A DNA stretch of 64,000 nucleotides from an uncultured virus (IMG/VR IMGVR_UViG_3300048796_000130) (IMGVR_UViG_3300048796_000130), one strand, 5' to 3'; shown: positions 32,487-42,821, counted from the stretch's first letter. Notes: generated by a model from the letters alone, not told the origin. Program-made: numbers and translations.

Positions 32487-35400
32487 TTCGACCCCTGATC
32501 TTCCGGCGTCCCCGAGCTGCGCACCTTGCCGTACTTCACGCTTCTGTGCAGTTCAAATCCCGCTCCCGGAATCGGCACGCCGGTGTCCGGGTCTTCGTTC
32601 GAGTACAGCACGCTGAATAACTCGTTCACTTCTTGCGAAAATCCCAGCGTGCGCGAGTCCGCGAGTCCGTCCGAAAGATCAAGGGTCACCGGGGCAAGAT
32701 CGGAGTTCGGGTCTTCGGTCACCGGCTGGATACAGACCGGCGAAAGATTTCCCAGGCCGAGCACGCGCGCCTTCATCTTGTCCCAGACCAGGGTTTCGAG
32801 CGTCGGGGATTGCGCAAACGCCGGTTGATACTGCGGCGCGATGGCGGCTCCGTTGTCGCTCATCTGTTCGGGCACGCTCATGTCAATGAATCCGCCCGGT
32901 GTTCCCGTGACTCCACTCAAACAGAAAACCACTTGGCGGTGCACAATGATGGGGCTCGGCGGCGTTGGCAACGTCCGTTGAATCACCTTGACCAGCCGGA
33001 AGTTCCCCCCCGAAGTCGCGCCATCATTGTCCGACCATCTTCGCCCGTGCGGGTTCGGCATCATCTCCCCGGTCATGGTCAGCATCAGCGGCTCTTCCCA
33101 GCCATTGAAGTAATTCAGCACCAGATCGTGATTGGGAACGGTCGAGCCGTCGAGCGGCAGCGCGATGTGGATTTCTTTGCGCACGTTGTCGATCGCCACA
33201 CACACTTGCGCGCTCGAAGTCTTGGTGAGCCGGTCCCACGTCCCTTGCTTTTCCTGCCCCACCTGCATGGCTACCCCTTGGTGATAGCGGTAGAGTCCGG
33301 AGTCCTCGTCGAAATAAACGATGAAATCGTCCGCCGCATCGAAGGCTCTTGGTCCGCAAGGTCCATGCCCAAACCAGCGCCGCGACACTCCGTACTCATT
33401 GGGAGTCGAAGAGCCGACGGTGATCTCATAGCCGGATTTTTCCTTCAACGAAATCAGTTCGCCCGAGATGGTCTCGACAAAGCCGCGCGTGCGCTCGCCA
33501 TTTGATTCATTCACGCCCAGGATGCCACCGGGGCTTGCGATGTTCGCCGGATCGCCGGGATTCGAGAAGTAGTGGCTGGAATCCTGCCCGATGGTGTACA
33601 CCATCATGTTCAGTCCGGCGCAGAAATAAACGTTCACACAGCTTGGGGCCGGGATGGTATTCAGTTGCGGCGTGACATCGTCGGCGTTGGCTAAATCGTT
33701 GTCGATGGCGTTGAGGATGATTCCCGGCAGTCCGCCCAGGTATCCGCCCGTGGTCGATGCTGCTGTCAGTGACGCGCTCTGCCAGGTGGCCGTCCCCGCG
33801 AGCGGCGTGGTCGAGCCGGGCAATTGATTCTGGCTCACCGAGAGCACTACGAATTGCCCGTTGAACGTGTTGTTGGCCGCACCCACAACCTGAATGCGCA
33901 TGCCGGCTTCGAGATTCGACACATCGTTCAATTGCGCCGATACGATGCCCGAGGCGGCCCGCGTCATCGAAGTGATCGACTGCGGATTGTTTTGCCCCAT
34001 GGCGGAGGTGGGTTGCGTGGGGACCAGGCTTAAAGTTCCGCCCGCAAAACCGGTACCCGGCCCCTGGCCCAAAAACTCGACACTGTTACCGGAAACTTGC
34101 GCCAACACGAACACGCCGTTAAACCACTGGCCGGTGACCGTCGCTCCATCCACTGGTCCAGTCTGGTTGCCGCTGATCTGAACGGTATCCCCTGGTACAA
34201 GGCCACTGGCAGATGAGAGCAGCGCGGTCACCGTGCCATTCTGGTTGCTGATGGAGATAATTTGCGCGGAGAAAGGCGTGACCGGGTCTTGCTCCGGGAT
34301 GAAGGTAAACGGTCCTTGCTGGGTTCCTCCCTCCACACTCCAGGCCGCAATGTCTTCGGCAACAAAGGGGCCGCCTGGCGGCAGGATCGCGACCGGGGTC
34401 GGTTGCTGCACCCCGCTCGCACCTTCCGAGACTTCGCCGCCCGAGGAGGTGCTGTTCGGGCCGGGCTGGTTCCAGACCAATTCCTTGGCGCTACTGTTGA
34501 CCGACGTCAGAATGAAAGCGCCGTTGTAGGTGGGATCGGTGACCTGGATGACGTTGATGGGAGTTCCCGCAACAAAACCCGCAACCGAGTCGAGCGTGGC
34601 TGTCACCACGCCGCCAGTGCGCGAAATCGCGGTGACATTACCTTGGCCTTGCACCGGAGCCGCGCCAGAGACCAGCGTTACAGTTCCGCCATCCCCGCCC
34701 TCCGCCGATCCCACTTGCGCCCAACTGCAGTACCATCCAGGGCCGTACAACTGCGCCAATATTCCGATAGCGGATCCAGCGGCGGTCAGGGTGTACGTGC
34801 CATCCAGATCCGAATCCGCCGCTCCGGCGACCACAACCGAAGCCCCTGGCACAAACCCAGGAAGAGGAGTCGATGGGGCTCCATTGCCGAAAAAGTAGGC
34901 AGTCACTTGATTGAGTTGGGAAGCAGGCTCCGTGGACCGTGAGATAAAAGTAGCCGGCTGTGCCGCGTTGGTGCCCACACCGGCGCCCGTGGGTGAAATC
35001 GTTCCGCCGGTTCCAGAAGAGTTCGTGGCCGTCTGATCCCACTGGACCGTTCCGCCGCCGTCGAGGTTCGGGGTAATCTCAGTGATCTCGATGTTGTTGC
35101 CATCAAAAGATGGATCCGACACTCCCGTGACTGAGATGATGGTGCCAACGCTCAAGCCTTGCAGGGAATTAACAATCGCCGAGACCACATCGGTGGTGCG
35201 GGTGATTTCCAAAATCAGGATGTTGGGCACGATGAAAGCCGCCGCGGCGCTGGCACTTTGCGCCGTGCCACCCGTGGAAGCTCCGTTATCCCCGGTCTGC
35301 GCCCAGATCAAAGTGGCGCCGCCGAACTGGTTGGGAGACGCACCCGTCAGGACGAAGCTGCCGTCAAATGACGTATCATCGACCCCGCTGATGATGACCG

Positions 35401-37081
35401 CTGCGCCTTGCGCGAATCCGGCAAGCTCGTCGACGGTGCAAGTGACGACATCGTTCGAGCGCTGGATAAACAGGACATTCGCCGTACCCGTGGCGGAAAT
35501 CGAACTGAGAAAAGTGAACAGCAGCGGACTGTCGGGATCGATCGGGACCAGGGAGTCATTGAGATCCAGCCGTTCTACGGCCAGGTAGCGCGGGCCTCCC
35601 GAGCCCACGAAAGGAAGTTTGGTCAAGGCCGCGGTAGGCGTGCCGCGAGGCGTGTATAAGGTTCCGCTCGCAGGAATCGACGAGATAATGACCGGTTCAT
35701 AAACCGGCGCACCGCTCGCGTATTGGTAGAAACTGATTGGTCCGGAAGCGCCGTGCGCGACCGCCGCGACGTAGACATTGAGGCACTTCAGAGTAGGCCA
35801 CGCGATGACCGGATCGGTGAGCCCGAGCACCGAGATTAACCACTGCGGCATGCGCGGGCCGCCGTAGCCGGGGGCTCCATATCCCGGTAGCCCAGCCGGA
35901 CCCGGTACTTCACCGGCCCGCTGAAAAAATATCTCAAACACGCTGTTCGCCGGAGTGTTGAAATACCAAATCGGCGAAGTCCAGGCGCTCTCTCCGTTCG
36001 CATTCTGATAGGCGAAGCAGACATACAAGTCTTGCCCAGCCGGAACCGAGCCGGAGGGCGCGCCACCCTGCCCCGTGATGTTGATGAGGGTGTCGGGAGC
36101 TTCCGGAGCGGGAAGAAATTGTTGCGCGGTGGGCGTCCACTCCACCCATACACTGGCTCCGTTGGGATCTGAGGCTTGCGCCGAGGTGTTGCTGTTTTCA
36201 ACCGCAGCGACACTTACCGTCCCGCCCGTGCCGGTCGCATGAAACGACAGCGGGGCGCTGTAAAGGATGGAGTTAGTCCCAATAATCGCTACAGGATAGG
36301 TGCCGTTGAATTGAGGGTTGCTGACTCCTGCCACAACGATGGTCTCACCCACAGTCACGCCAAAGGTCGAGGCGACGACAATCTCGGCGTAGAAAGTTAC
36401 CAGCCTTCCGTTGGTGACAGAGGTTTGAGTGGCGGAGATGATGGGCTCGGTGAAGGAACTGGGATTTATGTAGCCGTCAAGCGTGGGCCACGTCGGCTCC
36501 ACATTTCCCGCCTGCCCCGGAACGATGCAACGGAACCAGCGATTGGGATTCTGCGACGTCCGGACAACATCCCCAACTAGATAGTTCCGCCCCGGCGTCC
36601 AGATCGCCCCAATCGGGTTTTGCGAAACCGGGCCGACCACACCGGTAGGCCCATCCATCACCAGCGGCGGAGTTAGGGCATTCATCAGGTTCGAAAACGC
36701 CAGGTGGATGCGGTTGTAGGCCTTCGCCGTCTGCATCGAGACGCCGGCCGGCAGAGTGAAGGGCGCACTGAGCGGAACCATCGTCCCCGAGCCGGTGGGC
36801 ACTTCCTGCAACAGATCGCCGTTCGAGTCGGACGCGATGACGATCTGCTGGGGATTGTTGACCAGCACATCGAGCGCTTCCACTCCCGTGAAGTCCAGCG
36901 GCGCTTCCATGCCATAGGACATGGTGTGCTGGTAGCCGTCGCGCACCCGCACCGAGCGGCGGCGGAAGCGCATGTTGCGGCACACCACCGCGAGCCCCAT
37001 GGGAATGCACGTGGCGTCGTCATAATCCGCACCCCCGCCTAGTTCTTTGTCGGGGAAGGGGAGATAGCCGGAGAAGTCCAA
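32483..37081 (-). CDS. Tail nozzle/stabilisation protein (P22 gp10/T7 gp12-like) with seven inserted beta-repeat modules
   Basis: N-terminal CRNMRF....VRVRDGY; C-terminal propeller motifs (YFSNPGDP, LISLKE, GPCGP); repeats G..D.SF.G.F. Confidence 0.75.
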   Translation of the reverse strand: MDFSGYLPFPDKELGGGADYDDATCIPMGLAVVCRNMRFRRRSVRVRDGYQHTMSYGMEAPLDFTGVEALDVLVNNPQQIVIASDSNGDLLQEVPTGSGTMVPLSAPFTLPAGVSMQTAKAYNRIHLAFSNLMNALTPPLVMDGPTGVVGPVSQNPIGAIWTPGRNYLVGDVVRTSQNPNRWFRCIVPGQAGNVEPTWPTLDGYINPSSFTEPIISATQTSVTNGRLVTFYAEIVVASTFGVTVGETIVVAGVSNPQFNGTYPVAIIGTNSILYSAPLSFHATGTGGTVSVAAVENSNTSAQASDPNGASVWVEWTPTAQQFLPAPEAPDTLINITGQGGAPSGSVPAGQDLYVCFAYQNANGESAWTSPIWYFNTPANSVFEIFFQRAGEVPGPAGLPGYGAPGYGGPRMPQWLISVLGLTDPVIAWPTLKCLNVYVAAVAHGASGPISFYQYASGAPVYEPVIISSIPASGTLYTPRGTPTAALTKLPFVGSGGPRYLAVERLDLNDSLVPIDPDSPLLFTFLSSISATGTANVLFIQRSNDVVTCTVDELAGFAQGAAVIISGVDDTSFDGSFVLTGASPNQFGGATLIWAQTGDNGASTGGTAQSASAAAAFIVPNILILEITRTTDVVSAIVNSLQGLSVGTIISVTGVSDPSFDGNNIEITEITPNLDGGGTVQWDQTATNSSGTGGTISPTGAGVGTNAAQPATFISRSTEPASQLNQVTAYFFGNGAPSTPLPGFVPGASVVVAGAADSDLDGTYTLTAAGSAIGILAQLYGPGWYCSWAQVGSAEGGDGGTVTLVSGAAPVQGQGNVTAISRTGGVVTATLDSVAGFVAGTPINVIQVTDPTYNGAFILTSVNSSAKELVWNQPGPNSTSSGGEVSEGASGVQQPTPVAILPPGGPFVAEDIAAWSVEGGTQQGPFTFIPEQDPVTPFSAQIISISNQNGTVTALLSSASGLVPGDTVQISGNQTGPVDGATVTGQWFNGVFVLAQVSGNSVEFLGQGPGTGFAGGTLSLVPTQPTSAMGQNNPQSITSMTRAASGIVSAQLNDVSNLEAGMRIQVVGAANNTFNGQFVVLSVSQNQLPGSTTPLAGTATWQSASLTAASTTGGYLGGLPGIILNAIDNDLANADDVTPQLNTIPAPSCVNVYFCAGLNMMVYTIGQDSSHYFSNPGDPANIASPGGILGVNESNGERTRGFVETISGELISLKEKSGYEITVGSSTPNEYGVSRRWFGHGPCGPRAFDAADDFIVYFDEDSGLYRYHQGVAMQVGQEKQGTWDRLTKTSSAQVCVAIDNVRKEIHIALPLDGSTVPNHDLVLNYFNGWEEPLMLTMTGEMMPNPHGRRWSDNDGATSGGNFRLVKVIQRTLPTPPSPIIVHRQVVFCLSGVTGTPGGFIDMSVPEQMSDNGAAIAPQYQPAFAQSPTLETLVWDKMKARVLGLGNLSPVCIQPVTEDPNSDLAPVTLDLSDGLADSRTLGFSQEVNELFSVLYSNEDPDTGVPIPGAGFELHRSVKYGKVRSSGTPEDQGSN

Positions 37082-37108
37082 GAGAGGAAGGTCCTTAGAC
37101 CGTCGGCG

Positions 37109-37657
37109 TTAGTTGTACTTCGCCGGGACGCGGCACTTGACGATGATGGGCTGCGCACCCGCCGCAACCAAATCGGCTGCCACGCTCGCGTAGGTGCCCG
37201 AAGCCAGTTCCGTGCCGCCCGTCGAGAAGATGCGCATGATGTAATTCGCGGTCGTCGGCGCAGTCGCGTTCTGCTCAATCTGAAATTCGTAGCCGTAGAC
37301 CGACGGAACTTCAAATTGCGAAGCCGTGGGCAGGGCATCGTTCGAGCCGTTGATGACGCCGGGCAGCTTGGTGCGCGCGCCGTAGCCGGGATTCAGCGGC
37401 GTTTGGAAGTTGAGCACTTCCCCTTTGACGCCAATGGCTCCGCCCTGGGTGTAGCTGCCGGAGAGCACGACGCTGTAAATCTTCCAGATGATGTTTTCGC
37501 CCGCCGCGCGCTGATTGGAAATCCAGGTGAGGGTGTTGGCGCCCTTCACGAAGAGACCGAGAATCGCGCGCACAAACCAGAGGTTCAAGAGGAACGCAAA
37601 GCGCACACCGTGCGGCTTTTCGATCTGCTCGCCGAGGTAAGTCAGTTCTGTTGCCAT
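37109..37657 (-). CDS. Hypothetical structural protein
   Basis: AAAGGAG RBS, ATG 37657; beta-rich. Confidence 0.65.
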   Translation of the reverse strand: MATELTYLGEQIEKPHGVRFAFLLNLWFVRAILGLFVKGANTLTWISNQRAAGENIIWKIYSVVLSGSYTQGGAIGVKGEVLNFQTPLNPGYGARTKLPGVINGSNDALPTASQFEVPSVYGYEFQIEQNATAPTTANYIMRIFSTGGTELASGTYASVAADLVAAGAQPIIVKCRVPAKYN

Positions 37658-37685
37658 GTGTGATTCTCCTTTTGAAACGAATTCT

Positions 37686-38450
37686 TTAGCCGACAATCGG
37701 CAGAGTGAAACCTCCGCCGCTATTCCCTCCCGGCCACTGGGTTCTGCGTCCGCCCAACTGCAAAGGCGCGCTCATCTGCGCTTTCGCCAGCATGCAAGCG
37801 AAATCATCCTTCGCGTTCTCGAAGTCAGAGAGGAACGCGGTGTGAATCTGCGCGCTTTCATCACCCGGCCCGTACTTCGAAATCGACTCACACGTCCAGT
37901 AGGCGAGTAAGTTGATGGCGCCCTTGACGTAGCTGGCGGCGTCATCCCCCGAGAAGCTGGGCAGGAAATCTCCGCGCACCCGCAGATCGACAATCTGATT
38001 GCACGGGCTGATCCAGACGGTGCCGCCGCGCCACTCGTAGGATTCGACGATGCCGGTATCGCTCGTGACCGTGCCGGGAATGGTGGAGGTATTGGTGTCG
38101 ATGACCTTGCCGACCATCGGCACCGGTTGCCAGCTCTCATCGTCCTGCCCGGTGACCCGCCACTCGATGGCAGAGCTTCCGTCGGTCGAGTCCGGGATGA
38201 CGAGATTCGCCAGCAGTCCGCCATCCGCCTGATACGTCGCTAAATTGACGGTGTTGGCGGGGACGCCGATCAAAACCACCACTTGGGTATCGAAGTTGAG
38301 CCCCAGCGCCTGAAAGCAATTATTCAGGTCGCGGTTGCGGATGTTGATCCACTTGATGATGTAGTCATAATCCGCGTAGTTCGACTTCGAGCCGAAGGCC
38401 GCGGTCAGCATGACTTGCGCGGTCGTCGCGGCGGTTTTGATCAGCCCCAT
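37686..38450 (-). CDS. Putative head-tail adaptor/tail tubular protein A
   Basis: Helix-beta-helix layout, YEWRGGTVWISP motif; position. Confidence 0.55.
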   Translation of the reverse strand: MGLIKTAATTAQVMLTAAFGSKSNYADYDYIIKWINIRNRDLNNCFQALGLNFDTQVVVLIGVPANTVNLATYQADGGLLANLVIPDSTDGSSAIEWRVTGQDDESWQPVPMVGKVIDTNTSTIPGTVTSDTGIVESYEWRGGTVWISPCNQIVDLRVRGDFLPSFSGDDAASYVKGAINLLAYWTCESISKYGPGDESAQIHTAFLSDFENAKDDFACMLAKAQMSAPLQLGGRRTQWPGGNSGGGFTLPIVG

Positions 38451-39521
38451 TTACTTGTTCCCGTCTTTCTCTTTCTCTTTCTTCTCTTTCGTGTTCTCTT
38501 TGGCGGCGGCCCGGTTCAAATCGGCGACGTGCTCTTCGAGCGGCTTGATGCGCGGGTAGAGGCCAAGTTCCTGTAGCTGTGCTTTGGTCATGCGCCGCGC
38601 GGTCATCAGGCCGCCCGGCATCTCCTCGTCGTAGGCTGTGCCGTAGCCCGCAAAGGGGTCCACGATGTAGCCGCACTGGCAGCGCACCGTTCCCGCCTCG
38701 ATGCGGCGCGGACAGATCGGGCACTTCGAGTGCTTCGATCCGGTGGCGGCTCCCCCGTGTTCGAGAAACCAGGCCGGAGGATCGGTCAGGGCGCCGACAT
38801 TCAGCAGATAGTGAATGCACTGGTTCTTGCGGTTGCCCTTCACTTCGCGGAGCGCGACCTTATCGCCGGAGCGGTGCGCGTCGGTGGCGGTCGAGGCGAT
38901 GTCCTTCATGTGGACGAGCATGCGGGCGAAGGCTTGCTCGGCGGCCTGGGGCAACGGCATGTACTCGTTCCAGCCCACGGCTGCTTTAAGTTCCGGGTGG
39001 AACCATTTCCCATCGGCGTTCTGCGGCAACTCCGCCCCTTCGTAGCAAAAGATTCCGCCCTGGGTGTTGAACATATTTTGCTGCCGCACCATGTCGCAGC
39101 CGAGTCCCATGGGCAGATCGACGGAAGCTTTCAGTTCGGCGTAGGAGTCGGTCTTGCCGGTGCCGCGGAATTTCGTCCCGGCGGTGATGCAGGGCGCGGT
39201 GATGACGTGGTGGGTGATCGGAATGCTGAGACCGTTCGCGAGCACGAGCCGGGGAAAATGCGCATCCCACAAGTCGCGTTCGCTGGGAACTCCGATCAGG
39301 CGCTTGCTCTGGTGCGCCGCCCCATCGAGCGTCAAAGTCCAGGGGCAAAACCGAATGACTGAGGCAGGCTTGAATCCTCTTGTTTCGGCATCGCGATAAG
39401 CTTCGTTGTAAACTTCGACCCGCTCCCGTTCGGCGGGAGCCATCAAGGGATCGGTGGTGATCGACCCGTGGGCAAATTCGCCGCGTCCGGCGGTGTGACC
39501 AATCGCAGAGGGTGCTGGCAT
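38451..39521 (-). CDS. Hypothetical protein with C-terminal Zn ribbon
   Basis: AAGGAG RBS before ATG 39521; CPIC...CQCG. Confidence 0.7.
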   Translation of the reverse strand: MPAPSAIGHTAGRGEFAHGSITTDPLMAPAERERVEVYNEAYRDAETRGFKPASVIRFCPWTLTLDGAAHQSKRLIGVPSERDLWDAHFPRLVLANGLSIPITHHVITAPCITAGTKFRGTGKTDSYAELKASVDLPMGLGCDMVRQQNMFNTQGGIFCYEGAELPQNADGKWFHPELKAAVGWNEYMPLPQAAEQAFARMLVHMKDIASTATDAHRSGDKVALREVKGNRKNQCIHYLLNVGALTDPPAWFLEHGGAATGSKHSKCPICPRRIEAGTVRCQCGYIVDPFAGYGTAYDEEMPGGLMTARRMTKAQLQELGLYPRIKPLEEHVADLNRAAAKENTKEKKEKEKDGNK

Positions 39522-39605
39522 GGTGTTCTCCTTAGTGGTGGTGCTTAGAGCCTGCCCCCGGAAGTTACTTTGAGGGTCAGGCCGGGTGGTGCTAAAGTCG
39601 TTGGC

Positions 39606-39890
39606 ATGGACGGCGAATTCACGGTGACCGCTTCGGGCTTTTACGGGTTCGGCGTCGGCGATCTCATCGAAATTCAGGGCGCGGTCAACGATCAATTCAA
39701 TACGCAAGCTGAAATCGTGGCCGTTTGCAGCGGGGGCTTGCTGGTAATGCGTCGGCCTTCACACTGGTCGTTCCTGCGCTCCCACTTCCGGCGCGCGTGG
39801 CTCGAATTCCGCTGGAAAGTCGGCGATGCATACTTGGAACTATGTGACATCTGGGACGAGGCGAAAACCGATTGGAGGTCAACGTTTTGA
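39606..39890 (+). CDS. Antisense moron protein containing one nozzle-type beta repeat
   Basis: TGcTAAAGT (39590-98), 7 nt, ATG; GFGVGDLIEIQGAVNDQFN. Confidence 0.6.
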   Translation: MDGEFTVTASGFYGFGVGDLIEIQGAVNDQFNTQAEIVAVCSGGLLVMRRPSHWSFLRSHFRRAWLEFRWKVGDAYLELCDIWDEAKTDWRSTF

Positions 39891-40378
39891 ACCGCCGCAA
39901 CTTTCTCCGCTCCCTCATCGTTGGCGGTGTCGCCACTGCCGCCGCGAGAACCTTTCCGTTCCGGGTGTTCAACTTCCCGAAGGAAGTAAAGCCGGTCAAC
40001 GTTGCGCCGCGTCTCTCAAAAGAAGTTCTCGACCTGTGGCGACAGCGCCTCGAAGTGATGAATCTTTACGGCAGCGACGTGGAAGCAGAGTGGTGGATGC
40101 ATCCCAAACAGTTGGCCGCGCTAAAAGAGCTTGGATTTGGGTCTCGACACATAGAAGTGCGAGTGGTCGAGCCTCCTATGCTTCTCTTCGGCTCTTCCGC
40201 GAGCACGTTGTTTGGGATTCCGATCAAAGAATGCCCGTACTTCAGGCCGGACGCCAAACCCGTGCTGATGGCGCCGTTTACCCACGACATCCGTGTCTCA
40301 GTTGCCGACATGGCCGATTTCTATTCCTTGACTTCGGAGCGTCCGCGCAATCCCTTCCCGCACTCTCCCGGCTTCTAA
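39887..40378 (+). CDS. Protein with twin-arginine-like N-terminus
   Basis: GGAGG then TTG 39887; NRRNFLRSLIVGGVATAAA. Confidence 0.6.
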   Translation: MNRRNFLRSLIVGGVATAAARTFPFRVFNFPKEVKPVNVAPRLSKEVLDLWRQRLEVMNLYGSDVEAEWWMHPKQLAALKELGFGSRHIEVRVVEPPMLLFGSSASTLFGIPIKECPYFRPDAKPVLMAPFTHDIRVSVADMADFYSLTSERPRNPFPHSPGF

Positions 40379-41155
40379 AGAACTTGAGAACACAAAACTG
40401 ATGTCGTCTTTGTATTCCTTCGCCAGCTCGTCGCGTTCTTTCTTTTCGAGGGCCTGTTCTCGCGCGTGCGCTTCGCTCAATGCGGCCAGCGCGCGGAATT
40501 CCGGATCGGGAATCGTGTCCGGCTGATTGCGGTGATGCTCGAACTGCGTGATCGCCAACTCCATCAGAGAATACGGAGGCAACTGATCAAAGGTTGGGTA
40601 GTTCATCTGTTTTTGCGTCGGGTCGAAGAATTCACAGAACGTCCAGTACAACCCGCGCTCCGGCCACGGCCCAAGAATCTGCAAGGTGGTGCCGGGAACC
40701 TTCCACTGCTCCCACCACTGCCGCGAGCATCCTCCCGCTCCAGCTTCCCAGTGGACAATGACCCAGCCTTTCAGTTGCGGCCAGCGCCGCACCCAGCGCA
40801 TTTCCTTCACTACGCGGAAAGCCTTATTGGTGACGTGCATCCCGGCGGGCATTTCCACCTGCACGGTGGTCTTGTGGGAAGTTCCTTCCTGCTTGAGCGA
40901 GACCGGGACGGTGACCAGCTCTTCGTCGAACTCCAGTTTGTTCTGTTCGAGACCTTTCACTCCGGGGAGGTGGTCTTCGAAGGCGCCGCCGGAAAGGTAG
41001 CGGACCTCGTGGGCGAGAACCGCCAGATAGTTGTTCTCGCCGTAGGGGTTCACTCCGCCGACGCGACGAAGGAATTGGTAGACCTCTTCGGTCGAGCGGC
41101 AGTTCGGCGGGAATTCGTTGTCGCGCCAGAGGGGACGTTTGATTGAAGTTTTCAT
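40298..41155 (-). CDS. Hypothetical late protein
   Basis: 285-aa ORF downstream of the capsid gene; GGVNPYGENNY motif. Confidence 0.7.
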   Translation of the reverse strand: MKTSIKRPLWRDNEFPPNCRSTEEVYQFLRRVGGVNPYGENNYLAVLAHEVRYLSGGAFEDHLPGVKGLEQNKLEFDEELVTVPVSLKQEGTSHKTTVQVEMPAGMHVTNKAFRVVKEMRWVRRWPQLKGWVIVHWEAGAGGCSRQWWEQWKVPGTTLQILGPWPERGLYWTFCEFFDPTQKQMNYPTFDQLPPYSLMELAITQFEHHRNQPDTIPDPEFRALAALSEAHAREQALEKKERDELAKEYKDDISFVFSSSLEAGRVREGIARTLRSQGIEIGHVGN

Positions 41156-41218
41156 TTCAATGGATGAAGCAGGCGAGCAAGAGAATCGCCGCGAAGCAGT
41201 AGAGTGAGAAGCGGTCGG

Positions 41219-41452
41219 TCATTCCGTTTCCGCCGGCAGTACCTCACCTGTCTGCGGATCAAGGGCGACGAATGCGTCGAGTTGGCCGTACTCGACTGTC
41301 GCCTCAATGGTGACGGTGGCGACTTGACAGTTGCAAGCTGTCGCTGCGGGATTGGCAAAAATCAGAAGCCCCACGATCTCGTGCTTGATGTTGTAACCCT
41401 TGCCGCGAACCAGATCACCGGCTTTCGCGGCGCGTCCATTTGCGTAGTGCAT
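41219..41452 (-). CDS. Small phage protein (MHYxNGRxAKxGD type)
   Basis: GAGG RBS, ATG 41452. Confidence 0.65.
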   Translation of the reverse strand: MHYANGRAAKAGDLVRGKGYNIKHEIVGLLIFANPAATACNCQVATVTIEATVEYGQLDAFVALDPQTGEVLPAETE

Positions 41453-41473
41453 TGCGTGTTCCTCTTTCTTTGG

Positions 41474-41518
41474 AAAAAACGGATGGAGCAAGTCATCGTG
41501 CTTCGACTCACTCCATCC
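41474..41518 (-). terminator. Terminator/attenuator after the major capsid gene
   Basis: GGATGGAG...CTCCATCC stem extended by G-U pairs, followed by GTTTTTT. Confidence 0.7.
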
Positions 41519-41546
41519 CGAAGGGAGTACGAACCAATCGAGAAAC

Positions 41547-42821
41547 TTAGTACCCGAACGCGCTTCCCGCGGGCACTCCGCATCCGGTGATGACTCCCTG
41601 CGCTGCCGCGTTGTCGAGGTAGACCTGCGAGAAGTCCACCATGCAGCTTGCGTATTGCAGGTTGGGCGTTCCCCCGGAGTTGTAGGTGTTGTAGACGCGG
41701 CTGCCGAAGAACTGGAGCCAGTACGGATCGGCAAACTTCACCCAACCGAAAGCGTCGGGCACGATCATGTACCAGGCTTGCTGGTCGGCGTGCTGGCCTT
41801 TGACGATGATTTCTCCTTCGAGCGTGCAAGCTCCCCGGAAAAATGGGTCGAAGCCTTCCGCCTTCCCGCCGGTCATGGGAATAAATTCCATGTCGTAGCC
41901 GATTTCCTTCAGCGAGTTGATCTGGGTTTCGTGGGTGTACCAGAACGTGCCTTTCAGATCGTCTTCGCTGATGCGGGCGTTGCGCTGCAGCTTCAGCAGC
42001 ATGATCGCCGAGCGGGTGATCGGGTTGCCGCCCATGTCGAATCCATTGCTGACGACCTGGGGCGTGGTGGCGCGCGGAATCCCATGGAGATTTGAGGTTG
42101 CCGAATAAGAAATCAGCGCGCGCAGTCCGTTGATCCAGACTGGGCTGCCGTCGGTCAGGCCGCCGTAGCGCACGATGTCGTTGGTGGCGGAGCCGGCGGG
42201 CGCGTTTCCGGCGTACTGGAAGCTGTTCTGGCTGCCCATGAACGCCGTTTTGTTGGTGATGGTGAGCGAGCCGCGGGTCACGTTGCCCGTGGGGTTGACG
42301 ATGTCCGGGTTTTGCCCGATTTCGATGTTGCGGGCGCCGAAGGGCATGGTCGAGACGTTCGCCGTTCCGTTCGCCGGTGCTGCCGAGAGCGTAGCCAGGT
42401 TGCCGGTGCCGTCGGTGTGCAGACCGATGTCCAGCCAGTTCTTGTGCATGACGGTCAGGTCCGCGAGTGCTTCGGACACGACGTTGGCGACGGCGACCTG
42501 GTCGACCTTCTGGCCGATCAATGCCACTTCTTCGGTCCAGTTGGTGGAGACAGAAATGCCGGCGGGAGTGACGCCGCCGGCAATCCACGAAGGGGCGCTG
42601 CCGAGTGGGGCCGCGCCGCCGTCGGGATTCACGTAGCGGGAATCGCCGCCCGCGTTGGCAATCTTTTCCACGATGCGGAACAGGCGGTTCGAAACCCGGT
42701 CGGCGCGTATGTTGGTAAAGCGGCTGGCCAGGGCTTTCGAGGTAATCAAAACTTTGGGAATGCGCGTGGTCACCCGTTCGAGGGTGAGGTTGAGCATTTG
42801 AAAAACATCTAAGGTAGACAT
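41547..42821 (-). CDS. Major capsid protein (probable HK97 fold)
   Basis: 424 aa directly after the scaffold; GLHTDGTGNLA, INGLRALI, LHGIPR, C-terminal QGVITG; strong codon bias. Confidence 0.8.
   Translation of the reverse strand: MSTLDVFQMLNLTLERVTTRIPKVLITSKALASRFTNIRADRVSNRLFRIVEKIANAGGDSRYVNPDGGAAPLGSAPSWIAGGVTPAGISVSTNWTEEVALIGQKVDQVAVANVVSEALADLTVMHKNWLDIGLHTDGTGNLATLSAAPANGTANVSTMPFGARNIEIGQNPDIVNPTGNVTRGSLTITNKTAFMGSQNSFQYAGNAPAGSATNDIVRYGGLTDGSPVWINGLRALISYSATSNLHGIPRATTPQVVSNGFDMGGNPITRSAIMLLKLQRNARISEDDLKGTFWYTHETQINSLKEIGYDMEFIPMTGGKAEGFDPFFRGACTLEGEIIVKGQHADQQAWYMIVPDAFGWVKFADPYWLQFFGSRVYNTYNSGGTPNLQYASCMVDFSQVYLDNAAAQGVITGCGVPAGSAFGY

Noticed and set aside
41362..42588. Open alternative frames across the capsid gene suggesting a T7 10B-like frameshift extension
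   Set aside because: No slippery sequence seen near the stop, the translation is Arg-rich, and a terminator follows the stop.
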